Shown: positions 53,474 to 60,965 of the stretch, one piece after another
Position numbering within the stretch: position 1 is the first letter of the stretch
Layout of the letters: the number at the start of each line of letters is the position of its first letter
Assembly (NCBI GenBank): GCA_964585085.1
Contig: CAZPCM010000001.1
Coordinates: 29,500-93,499, forward strand
Source: an uncultured Propionibacteriaceae bacterium
GTDB lineage: Bacteria; Actinomycetota; Actinomycetes; Propionibacteriales; Propionibacteriaceae
Length of the DNA: 64,000 nucleotides
Reading direction: 5' to 3'
Translations under genes and position numbers: made by a program
The notes under the pieces: model-generated
Databases searched by the model: none
What the model saw: only the letters and a program-made list of their open reading frames with translations
What the model was told of the DNA's origin: nothing

Positions 53474-54730
53474 ATGGATCAGTTCACCCACGTGGAACAG
53501 GAGTACGCCCGGTTGCGCGGCCAGTTGCAGGCCGGTCAGCTGACCCGGCAGCAGTTCGAGGCCGCGCTGGACCAGCTGATGTTCGTCCACGACAACCGCT
53601 ACTGGATGATCGGGGTGGAATCCGGCACCTGGTTCGTCCACGACCAGGGGCGCTGGTTGGCAGCGGAGCACCCGCGTCCGTCCGGGACCAGCGCTCCGAG
53701 CCCAACCCCCGCACCGGCACCTGCACCCCTTCCGCCCCCAGCGCCCACACCAACTCCGGCCTCCGCTCCCGCAGCGTCACCTTCCCCCGCCCCCGCACCG
53801 GCCGCCTGGGAGGTGCGCCGCTTCAGCCACGGGAGCGCCGTGGAGTGCGTGGCCCTCTCCCCGGACGGCCGGCTGGCCGCCTCGGGCGGGGACGACGGCG
53901 CCCTGCGGATCTGGGACGTCTCCACCGGCCACGCCCTCGGGGCCCTGATGGCGCACCAGTTCGGGGTCAGCTCTGTCGCCCTCGCGTCACGTTTCGCCTT
54001 GTCCGGCGGCAATGACCGGGCCGTCCGGGTCTGGGACCTCCGGACCGGAAGCCAGTTGCGGCACCTGGAGCATGCAGACGCGGTCACCTGCGTGGCCTGG
54101 TCGCCCACCGGGGAGAGTTTCTCCGGCTCCCAGGACCGGACGCTGCTGTGCTGGAACCACGAGCGGGGCCAGGTCCTGCGACGATACGAGGGGCACACCG
54201 CCGGCGTGACCGGCCTCGCGGTCTCCCGCGACGGGCGCGTCCTGGTCTCAGTCGGCAACGACGGCACGCTGCGGGTCTGGGAGGCCGCCACCGGCCGCCT
54301 GTACGGGCGGATCGAACTGGGCAATATGTACACCGACCCCCTGGTCCGCACGGTGGCGCTGTCGCCCGACGGCCAGTACGCGCTGACCTGCAGCCTGGCC
54401 GCCAGCGCCGACCTGTGGGACCTGCGGCGCGGCGTCCGGATCAGGGGTTTCGAGGGCCCGACTGTCAACGTGTTCGGCGTCGCCTTCTCCCCCGACGGCC
54501 GCCTCGCCTGGGCCTGCTCGGGCAGCGACTTCATGCCGGCGGGTGAGCGTGGCCCGCGCGGCCACGACAACGTCATCTGGGCCTGGGACGCCGCCTCCGG
54601 CGCCGTCCGAATCTGCCTCGAGGGCCATGCGGGCAACGTCAACAGCATCGCGATCGCCGCGGACGGCCGCCACGTGCTCAGCGGAAGCCGGGACGGGACC
54701 GTCCGGCTGTGGCAGCCGCGGCTGCCCTGA
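53474..54730 (+). CDS. WD40-repeat protein (7 blades) with a small N-terminal domain and Pro-rich linker
   Basis: GAGGAG ribosome-binding site; seven repeats ending IWD, VWD, CWN, VWE, LWD, AWD and LWQ. Confidence 0.92.
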   Translation: MDQFTHVEQEYARLRGQLQAGQLTRQQFEAALDQLMFVHDNRYWMIGVESGTWFVHDQGRWLAAEHPRPSGTSAPSPTPAPAPAPLPPPAPTPTPASAPAASPSPAPAPAAWEVRRFSHGSAVECVALSPDGRLAASGGDDGALRIWDVSTGHALGALMAHQFGVSSVALASRFALSGGNDRAVRVWDLRTGSQLRHLEHADAVTCVAWSPTGESFSGSQDRTLLCWNHERGQVLRRYEGHTAGVTGLAVSRDGRVLVSVGNDGTLRVWEAATGRLYGRIELGNMYTDPLVRTVALSPDGQYALTCSLAASADLWDLRRGVRIRGFEGPTVNVFGVAFSPDGRLAWACSGSDFMPAGERGPRGHDNVIWAWDAASGAVRICLEGHAGNVNSIAIAADGRHVLSGSRDGTVRLWQPRLP

Positions 54731-54830
54731 GGGGGCCAGGGGCGTAGCCTGAAGGTGCGAGTGCAGGGGCTCCGCGCGACGGAGTTCTGTTCGATCCTTG
54801 GTCCCGACCCTCAACGAGGAGATGAGGACG

Positions 54831-56033
54831 ATGACAAGGCTCACCATGAGCATTCCGATCGACGCCCCGCCCGGGGGCGTGTTCAACTTCCTGAAGGACC
54901 CGGCCAGGTTGGCCGGGTCGATGCCCCACACACAAGCCCGCGACGCCCATCTGACGCCTGAGGGCGTGGGCACCACGGCCGTGTGGGAAGGCAGGTTCCT
55001 CGGCATCCCGGTGGCCGCGACCATCGAGTACACCGAGTTCGTCCCGGACGAGCGGCTCGTCGTGACATCGTCCAAGGGCTTCGTCTTCAGTTTCAGCCTC
55101 GAGCCCGCCGGAGGAGGGACGGAGTTGACCCTCACCGAAGAGGACGTCCCGTCGAACTGGGCTGAATCGGCGGTCGACGCGGTCGCCATGAAGCTGACCG
55201 AGCATGACCTCGACACCTGGCTCGCGGGAATCAAGGCGGGAGCTGAAGGACAGCCGCCCGCGGAGGTTGTCGCGACAGCCGGCCAGTCGGGATCCGCCCG
55301 GGCGCCCCTCGACCCTCAGAACCTCCCCAAGGAACTGATGGTCCGGCTGCTGAATCTGCACGCCGACGTCCTGTCCCAGCGGTTCGGCGCCGCGACGGCC
55401 GAGGTGATGAGGCGCGAGATCCTGCAGGAGTACCGGGCGCTGATTCCGGGCCTGCCCGAGATCGGCGGCCGCAGCAATCCGGAGTCGATGTCGATGGTGC
55501 TGGCCCCTTGGGCCCTCGGGCTGTACCGGGTGGTCCAACGGCAGGGCGGTAGCGTGGAGGACGCGGGAGAAGTCATCCACTACTGCTTCAAGAAGCTTCT
55601 CGGTCGCATCCCCCGGAGACTGCGCCTGTCTATGGGCCGGACGAGAACCCGGGAAACGGCCGAGAAGAAGGCCCGCTGGTTCGCCGAGCACTACTACCCC
55701 GACAACTGGGTCTACGGAGTCGTCGACGGTACCGGGCAGCCCTTCGACTTCGGACTCGACGCCACCCAATGCGCCATCGTCAACTACCTGCACGCCAAGG
55801 GGGCAGACGAACTCACGCCCTACCTGTGCGACCTCGACTACGTGATGTTCGAGGCCATGGGCCTCGGACTCACCCGCACCAAGACGCTGGCGTGGGGCTG
55901 CGATCGCTGCGACTTCAGGGTCACGAACCCTGGCACGACCACCAGCCCGTGGCCGCCGCTGTTCGTCGAACGCGCCTGCGGCCGGCAGGAGCCGAACCCG
56001 TCGGGAGCGCCAATCCCTGCTGCTCGGGGGTAG
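54831..56033 (+). CDS. Fusion of an SRPBCC/START-like domain and an L-2-amino-thiazoline-4-carboxylate-hydrolase-like (V4R-type Cys-rich) domain
   Basis: N-terminal SIPIDAPPGGVFNFLKDP...GVGTT...YTEFVPDERLV; C-terminal FGLDATQCAIVNY...YLCDLD...RTKTLAWGCDRCDFR. Confidence 0.7.
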   Translation: MTRLTMSIPIDAPPGGVFNFLKDPARLAGSMPHTQARDAHLTPEGVGTTAVWEGRFLGIPVAATIEYTEFVPDERLVVTSSKGFVFSFSLEPAGGGTELTLTEEDVPSNWAESAVDAVAMKLTEHDLDTWLAGIKAGAEGQPPAEVVATAGQSGSARAPLDPQNLPKELMVRLLNLHADVLSQRFGAATAEVMRREILQEYRALIPGLPEIGGRSNPESMSMVLAPWALGLYRVVQRQGGSVEDAGEVIHYCFKKLLGRIPRRLRLSMGRTRTRETAEKKARWFAEHYYPDNWVYGVVDGTGQPFDFGLDATQCAIVNYLHAKGADELTPYLCDLDYVMFEAMGLGLTRTKTLAWGCDRCDFRVTNPGTTTSPWPPLFVERACGRQEPNPSGAPIPAARG

Positions 56034-56118
56034 GCGCCCGGCGCTCATCACGGGATGGAGTGGCGCACACGAACCACGATCCCAGCGTTCTTGCCGTCAG
56101 CTCCGGCCGATGGTGTCG

Positions 56119-56201
56119 ATGGCCTGGCCCAAGCGGCCACCAGCATCAGGCCGGTGGGTTATGGCCTGGCCCAAGCGGCCCCAAAATCAGGCCGGTGGGT
56201 T
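56119..56201. repeat. Tandem imperfect duplication (42 bp + 41 bp)
   Basis: ATGGCCTGGCCCAAGCGGCC-N5/6-ATCAGGCCGGTGGGTT at 56119 and 56161. Confidence 0.85.
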
Positions 56202-56212
56202 GTCGAGGCATG

Positions 56213-56248
56213 CAGAAGGACCCGGCGGTGAGCCGGGTCCTTCTGTTT
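56213..56248. terminator. Intrinsic (probably bidirectional) terminator downstream of cspA
   Basis: Perfect 14-bp inverted repeat CAGAAGGACCCGGC / GCCGGGTCCTTCTG with a 5-nt loop, followed by TTT on the + strand. Confidence 0.85.
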
Positions 56249-56255
56249 GCTGAGG

Positions 56256-56462
56256 TCAGCTCAGGACGGTGACGTTCGCCGCCTGCAGGCCCTTCGGGCC
56301 CTGCTGGGTGTCGAACGACACACGGTCGCCCTCGTTCAGAGAGCGGAACCCGCGGGAATTGATCGCCGAGAAATGAACGAAGACGTCGGCGGAGCCATCC
56401 TCGGGAGCGATGAACCCGAAGCCCTTGTCGCCGTTGAACCACTTGACAGTACCGGTAGCCAT
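56256..56462 (-). CDS. cspA: Cold-shock protein
   Basis: [15 protein letters not shown] (RNP1) and VFVHFSAI (RNP2); 68 aa. Confidence 0.97.
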   Translation of the reverse strand: MATGTVKWFNGDKGFGFIAPEDGSADVFVHFSAINSRGFRSLNEGDRVSFDTQQGPKGLQAANVTVLS

Positions 56463-56616
56463 GAAGTTTCTCCTCTAGTAGGAAGCGGAGCATCCGCGGT
56501 CGCGGCACCCCTTGTGATGGAGCTGCAAAGAACGCTTCCCGAAAAGGACTACTTACACCGGAGGACCAGTGGTTCAACCAAACAAGCAAACGAAACTGCC
56601 CAACACCAACGCAGTT

Positions 56617-56644
56617 ACTCTACCAGCCAGACAAGGGAGAGCAA
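56617..56644 (-). promoter_or_regulatory. Candidate cspA promoter (TTGCTC-16 bp-TAGAGT), implying a 5' leader of about 150 nt
   Basis: Hexamers read on the minus strand; long untranslated leaders are typical of csp genes. Confidence 0.4.
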
Positions 56645-56924
56645 GACGAGACCGACAGCATGACCTCCAGAACGGGCCCGCCCGCAGCCGCAGAGAACCT
56701 CGCCCGCCTGACCGCTGACACCGAACCACCACACCGGCCAACGCCTGATCGCTGCCACCGGCGGCGCGACCGCGGCAGGTCACCCGCAGGCGTCGGCCAC
56801 TTGCCCCCGGTGCAGCCCCCGTGTCCTAGACTGCTCCTCGCTGGATCCCGGCACTACCGGGGTCCGACCACGTCGCCAACGGTCGTCGCGACGACCGGGG
56901 GCCACCGTCTTCAAGGGGTGCAGC

Positions 56925-57434
56925 ATGGAACACGTCAGGACCGGCGCACACCACGTCCTCCCGCGCGGCGATCAGACCGTCACCTTCCACGGCGTCTGGA
57001 GCAACGACCGAACCGTCGTCGACCACCCCACCGGCGAGGTGCGCGGTCAGGAATGCACGCTGGTGTTCACCTTGCGAGTCGACCGTCATCGGCTCGACGG
57101 AGACGTCGCGCGACTGGGGTTCAGGGGCAGCCACAACGGCGACATCTTCACCCTGGACGTACCGGCGAGCATGGAATACCGGACAGGACTGTGGGATCTG
57201 CTGTTCCCGATCCGCTGGGTCTCCGCGGTGTCCGGCCCTTCCTCGGTCGAAGCGGGCGGCCCCGGGCAGCCGGCCACCGCGCCGAAGGAAGAGCGGCACT
57301 CCTACGCGGGGGCTTTCTACGCGGAAACCGTGCACGGCACCTACTACTGGCTCAAGTACCGCGGCGAGTCGGACTTCAGGTTCGACTACACCTCACTGCC
57401 CACGCTGGCCACCCTCGCGCCCACGGACCGGTAA
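56925..57434 (+). CDS. Hypothetical protein, 169 aa
   Basis: AAGGGG before the ATG; protein-like beta-rich composition; no family recognised. Confidence 0.6.
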   Translation: MEHVRTGAHHVLPRGDQTVTFHGVWSNDRTVVDHPTGEVRGQECTLVFTLRVDRHRLDGDVARLGFRGSHNGDIFTLDVPASMEYRTGLWDLLFPIRWVSAVSGPSSVEAGGPGQPATAPKEERHSYAGAFYAETVHGTYYWLKYRGESDFRFDYTSLPTLATLAPTDR

Positions 57435-57927
57435 GGCGTCCAGGAGCCGAGCCTGTCGGCGCGGTGGCCGGGCTCCGAACCGCGAGGCGGCCGCGGATGG
57501 CGGCGGCGGGGACGTAGGGGGAAGCCCAGGACCGGCTGTCGCTGGATCGGGTTCTGTTGTCGCCGAGAACGAGGTAGGCGTTCGGGGGGACGCGGAAGTG
57601 GCCAGAGGGGCCACCGCGGGTGTTGAGGTAGGGCTCCTCGAGGCGGTGGCCGTTGATAGCGACCTGGTCAGGGTGAATACGGACGTCGTCGCCCGGCAGC
57701 CCGATGACCCGCTTGATGACGCGGAAGCCCAGCTCTGCGGAGTCGATGACCACGATGTCGCCTCGGCCGATGCGCCGGCCGCCCCCGATTCTGCGGGTGG
57801 GGACGAGCGTGGGGGGCCGGAGCGTGGGATACATCGACCAGGAGCGGACGCGGGTGAGCCACCAGTGACGGCGCACCACCAGGGCGGCGGTGGCCACCAC
57901 CAGCGCTGCGAGCAGGGAGGCGTCCAT
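57376..57927 (-). CDS. S26-family (signal peptidase I / SodX-like) peptidase
   Basis: N-terminal hydrophobic anchor; SWSMYPTL (catalytic Ser), VIKRVIGLPGD (catalytic Lys) and GDNRTRSSDSR motifs; starts 5 nt after the DUF6448-like stop. Confidence 0.9.
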   Translation of the reverse strand: MDASLLAALVVATAALVVRRHWWLTRVRSWSMYPTLRPPTLVPTRRIGGGRRIGRGDIVVIDSAELGFRVIKRVIGLPGDDVRIHPDQVAINGHRLEEPYLNTRGGPSGHFRVPPNAYLVLGDNRTRSSDSRSWASPYVPAAAIRGRLAVRSPATAPTGSAPGRLTGPWARGWPAWAVRCSRT

Positions 57928-57932
57928 GACGG

Positions 57933-58607
57933 TCAGAGCTGGTGCGCGTGCCCGGGCGCGGCGGCCGGGGTGTGCTCGTGGTGGTACGCCTCGGGCCCGT
58001 GTCCGCCGTGACCTTGCTCGTGTTGACGGTGCTCGTGTTGACCGTGCTCGTGGCCGTGATCCTCGCCTTCGGCGTAGGTGAAGAAGGCGACGTAGGCGGC
58101 GATATAGCGGCGTCCCGCGATGACGTCGTCGAGCGGGTGGTCCTTCAGGGCGAGGGCGGCGTGGAGGCGATGGTCGAGTTCGGGTAGCCGGTCGGCGGGC
58201 ACGAGCCCGATGAGGGAGTCGATGCTGCCCGTGGCGATGGCCGTGTCAGCGGCGATCACCACCGGGTCGATCGCCGTGCCCTGGGGCTTGAGGCCGTCGA
58301 AGCCGGCGCCCTCCCCCGCCCGATGCAGTCGGACCAGAGTCTCCAGGAACAGCCGGTCCGCCACCTTGGTGGCGTCTCCGCCGAGAGCCCGGACCCGCAA
58401 GCAGGCGTCGAAGACCTCCCGCAGTTCGGGTTCGGCGTCTTCGCCGACCCATTTCAGGGCGTGGTTGAGGTTGCCCGTGGCCAGCGCGGCACGGCCGTCA
58501 GCGACGGCGGGTCCGTCCAGGGTGTCGCAGTGGGCGGCGGCGGCGCGAGGCCAGAACACGATCAAGGCGAACGCTGCGAACGCGGCCGCGAGGAGAAGGT
58601 GGTCCAT
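57933..58607 (-). CDS. DUF6448-like exported helical protein with predicted mature N-terminus HCD and a His-rich tail
   Basis: 25-aa hydrophobic leader ending AAAA, then HCDTLDGP, LKWV, FLETLVRLHRAGEGAGFDGLKP; C-terminal EDHGHEHGQHEHRQHEQGHGGHGPEAYHHEH. Confidence 0.8.
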   Translation of the reverse strand: MDHLLLAAAFAAFALIVFWPRAAAAHCDTLDGPAVADGRAALATGNLNHALKWVGEDAEPELREVFDACLRVRALGGDATKVADRLFLETLVRLHRAGEGAGFDGLKPQGTAIDPVVIAADTAIATGSIDSLIGLVPADRLPELDHRLHAALALKDHPLDDVIAGRRYIAAYVAFFTYAEGEDHGHEHGQHEHRQHEQGHGGHGPEAYHHEHTPAAAPGHAHQL

Positions 58608-58667
58608 GGTGGGGTCCTTTCAGTTTCGGATGACACTTCGACGGTAGGGCGGAGGCATCTGAGGTTC

Positions 58668-58683
58668 CTTGACGGGGGTCAAG
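58668..58683. promoter_or_regulatory. Fnr/Crp-type palindromic operator CTTGAC-GGGG-GTCAAG
   Basis: Perfect 6-bp arms with a 4-bp spacer, resembling the FNR box TTGAT-N4-ATCAA, between the divergent DUF6448-like and Crp/Fnr genes. Confidence 0.75.
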
Positions 58684-58727
58684 TTCGTGCGGATCGTGCC
58701 ACCCTGGGAGGGAGCAGGGGGTGGCGG

Positions 58728-59414
58728 ATGGGTGAGCCAGGCGATCTGTGTGTCACGCGGGTGCCGATCTTCGGCGGACTCGGGCCAAGGGAACAGGCAG
58801 CGGTCGCTGCAGTGGCGCGTCCGCTGCGGCTGGCGCGCGGGGAGAGCGCCTACACCGCGGGCGCGGCCGTGGGTCGGCTGCTGGTCGTCCACCACGGCCG
58901 GCTCGCCCTGGTCCACCACGGCGCGGACGGCCGGGACCAGGTGGTGCGGGTGCTCGGCGAGGGCGACTTCGTCGGTGAGGACGCGTTCCTGTCCGGCACC
59001 CGGCCCGGGCATGATGCAGTGGCCGCCTCCGAGGTGCAGCTGTGCACCTTCGCCCATCACGATCTGGCCGGCCTCGTCCGCCGTCATCCCGGGATCGCGG
59101 TGCGGATGCTGCACAGCGTCAGCGCTCGGCTGGCCGACGCCGAGCGGAGATTGGCGTCCCTGGCCGGCTCGGACGTCGGCGCCCGGTTGGCCGCCTACCT
59201 GCTGGACCAGCCGGCCAACCGGGACGCCTCCGGGCAGGCACTGGTTCGCCTGCCGATGGCGAAGAAGGACGTCGCGTCCTACCTCGGCACGACCCCCGAA
59301 TCGCTCAGCCGGGCCCTGGCCACCCTCGTCCGGGACGGGGCGATCGCCCAGTCCGGACGCCGGGACGTCGTCCTACTCGACCCCGACGCCCTCGAAGCCC
59401 GCGCGCACCGCTGA
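58728..59414 (+). CDS. Crp/Fnr-family regulator (Flp-like, two Cys)
   Basis: MGEPGDLCVTRVPIF; GDFVGE cNMP-domain motif; VQLCTF; LPMAKKDVASYLGTTPESLSRAL helix-turn-helix. Confidence 0.92.
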   Translation: MGEPGDLCVTRVPIFGGLGPREQAAVAAVARPLRLARGESAYTAGAAVGRLLVVHHGRLALVHHGADGRDQVVRVLGEGDFVGEDAFLSGTRPGHDAVAASEVQLCTFAHHDLAGLVRRHPGIAVRMLHSVSARLADAERRLASLAGSDVGARLAAYLLDQPANRDASGQALVRLPMAKKDVASYLGTTPESLSRALATLVRDGAIAQSGRRDVVLLDPDALEARAHR

Positions 59415-59461
59415 CCGCCGTCCTGACCGGACTCGCGGAAGCGCTCCACCAGGAGAGTTGC

Positions 59462-60547
59462 CTACCGGTACTCCAGCTTCCCGGAGTCCACCAGCGTGAG
59501 CGCCAGGGTCTCGCCCATGATGGCGAAGCTGACCGTGTTGCCGATCCCCGTGAGATATAGGTCGCCGTAGGAGCCCTCGCTGCAGGCCACGATGGTCGCC
59601 ACTCCCGGGACGAGGGTCAGGCTGCTACTCGAGCCCGACGGGTTGGACGGGGAGTACGTCCCGGAAACGGTGTTGCAGTCAGCCCGAGCGGTGAACGTGC
59701 CGTCCGCGCGGAACTGAAGCGTGTAGTCGGCCTGCTGATCCTGCGGCACGGAACCTTGGAACGGCGGCACCAGGAGCGTGAAGGCTGTGAGTTTCCACTC
59801 ACGACTGGTCAGACCCGGGCCGGGTGTGGGTTCCGGTGTCGGCTTGGGAGTGGGCGTGGACGTCGGCCTGACCGTGGACGCGCTGGGCGTGGGCGTCGGG
59901 GTCGGCCGGACCGTGGACGCACTCGGCGTCGGGGTCGGGGTCGGCCGGACCGTGGACGCACTCGGCGTGGACGTCGGCCTGACCGTGGAAGGTGTGCTCG
60001 GCGTCGGGGTGGTCGAGGGTGGCACGGTTACCGTCAGGGTGGCCGTCGGTGCGGGGGACGGCGTCGGCGTGACCGTGGGTTCAGCCGACTCACCCGCGCT
60101 GGGTGATGGGCTGGGGGGCGCGATCGACGTGTAGTCCAGCCGTCCGCCGTCCGCGAGAGTGAGACTCAACCCGGTTGAGGCGACGTTCCAGCTGCGGACC
60201 TGGCTCAGCGTGCTGGCATACAGGATGTCCAACGACAGCTCACCGCAGAAGGCCATGGACATCGGCCCGGGAGTGATGGTGACCCGGTCCGATCCGCGTG
60301 CCTCCCAGGATCCGGCCAGCTGGTTGCAGTCGGCCCGCGAGGTGAACGTGCTGTTCTTCTCGAACCGGATGGTGTACCGGGACTGCAGGTCCGGCGGCAC
60401 GGTCCACTGCCAGGACGGGTTCTTCTCCCCGCCCGCGACCAGATACCAGGTCGTGGCGGTCAACTGGTCTGTGTTGCTGCTGCTGCACGCGGCGAGGAGA
60501 ACACCGCCCAGAGCGAGCACCATGGCCATCGCGATTGCTTTTCGCAC
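59462..60547 (-). CDS. Lipoprotein with two META (HslJ-like) domains joined by a Pro/Thr repeat linker
   Basis: Lipobox VLLAAC; two copies of YT(I/L)xF...F(T)xRADCNxxxG...(M/I)xxC; STVRPTPTPTPSA repeats at about 59820-60060. Confidence 0.85.
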   Translation of the reverse strand: MRKAIAMAMVLALGGVLLAACSSSNTDQLTATTWYLVAGGEKNPSWQWTVPPDLQSRYTIRFEKNSTFTSRADCNQLAGSWEARGSDRVTITPGPMSMAFCGELSLDILYASTLSQVRSWNVASTGLSLTLADGGRLDYTSIAPPSPSPSAGESAEPTVTPTPSPAPTATLTVTVPPSTTPTPSTPSTVRPTSTPSASTVRPTPTPTPSASTVRPTPTPTPSASTVRPTSTPTPKPTPEPTPGPGLTSREWKLTAFTLLVPPFQGSVPQDQQADYTLQFRADGTFTARADCNTVSGTYSPSNPSGSSSSLTLVPGVATIVACSEGSYGDLYLTGIGNTVSFAIMGETLALTLVDSGKLEYR

Positions 60548-60612
60548 GCGTCCTCCCTCAGGGTCTCTGGTGCCGGACGGCGTCGCGTCCCGGCAGCCAC
60601 CGGGCGGGCACA

Positions 60613-60858
60613 TCATCCCACAGCTCGGCGCGCCATCTCCTCAACGATCCAGCGCGCGGTGTCGCGGGTGCACGCCCCTGGCTCACTGAAGCTCACGGCG
60701 AAGACGCCGGTGATCTCGGTCAGTTGCGGGACGCCTCGCAGAGCCAGGATCGCGTCAGCCTCCGCTGCGTACTCGTCCGATGGAGCACCGCCCGCGATGA
60801 GCCCCACCGGGTCGGCCTCGGCCAGAATCCTGATCAGTTCGTCCCTTGTGATGGCCAC
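60613..60858 (-). CDS. Small hypothetical protein (DUF1871-like), probably leaderless
   Basis: ADPVGLIAGGAPSDEYAAEA motif; TAGGCT 7 nt upstream of the GTG start. Confidence 0.65.
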   Translation of the reverse strand: MAITRDELIRILAEADPVGLIAGGAPSDEYAAEADAILALRGVPQLTEITGVFAVSFSEPGACTRDTARWIVEEMARRAVG

Positions 60859-60965
60859 AGCGACGAGCCTAAGGCGTCCCGGAATCCGAGGTGCGGACGA
60901 GGATGTGCCCGGTGCGTGCGCTTCGCACGGCGTACGCCTTCAACCGGCCCACGCAGGACCGCGGC

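Noticed and set aside
56119-56201. Possible mini-CRISPR array
   Set aside because: Two units only, no true spacers and no cas genes in the window.
57376-57927. Calling the S26 gene the housekeeping lepB, or the HCD protein a NiSOD (sodN)
   Set aside because: The context suggests a dedicated peptidase, and the substrate lacks the PCGxY part of the nickel hook, so neither symbol is justified.
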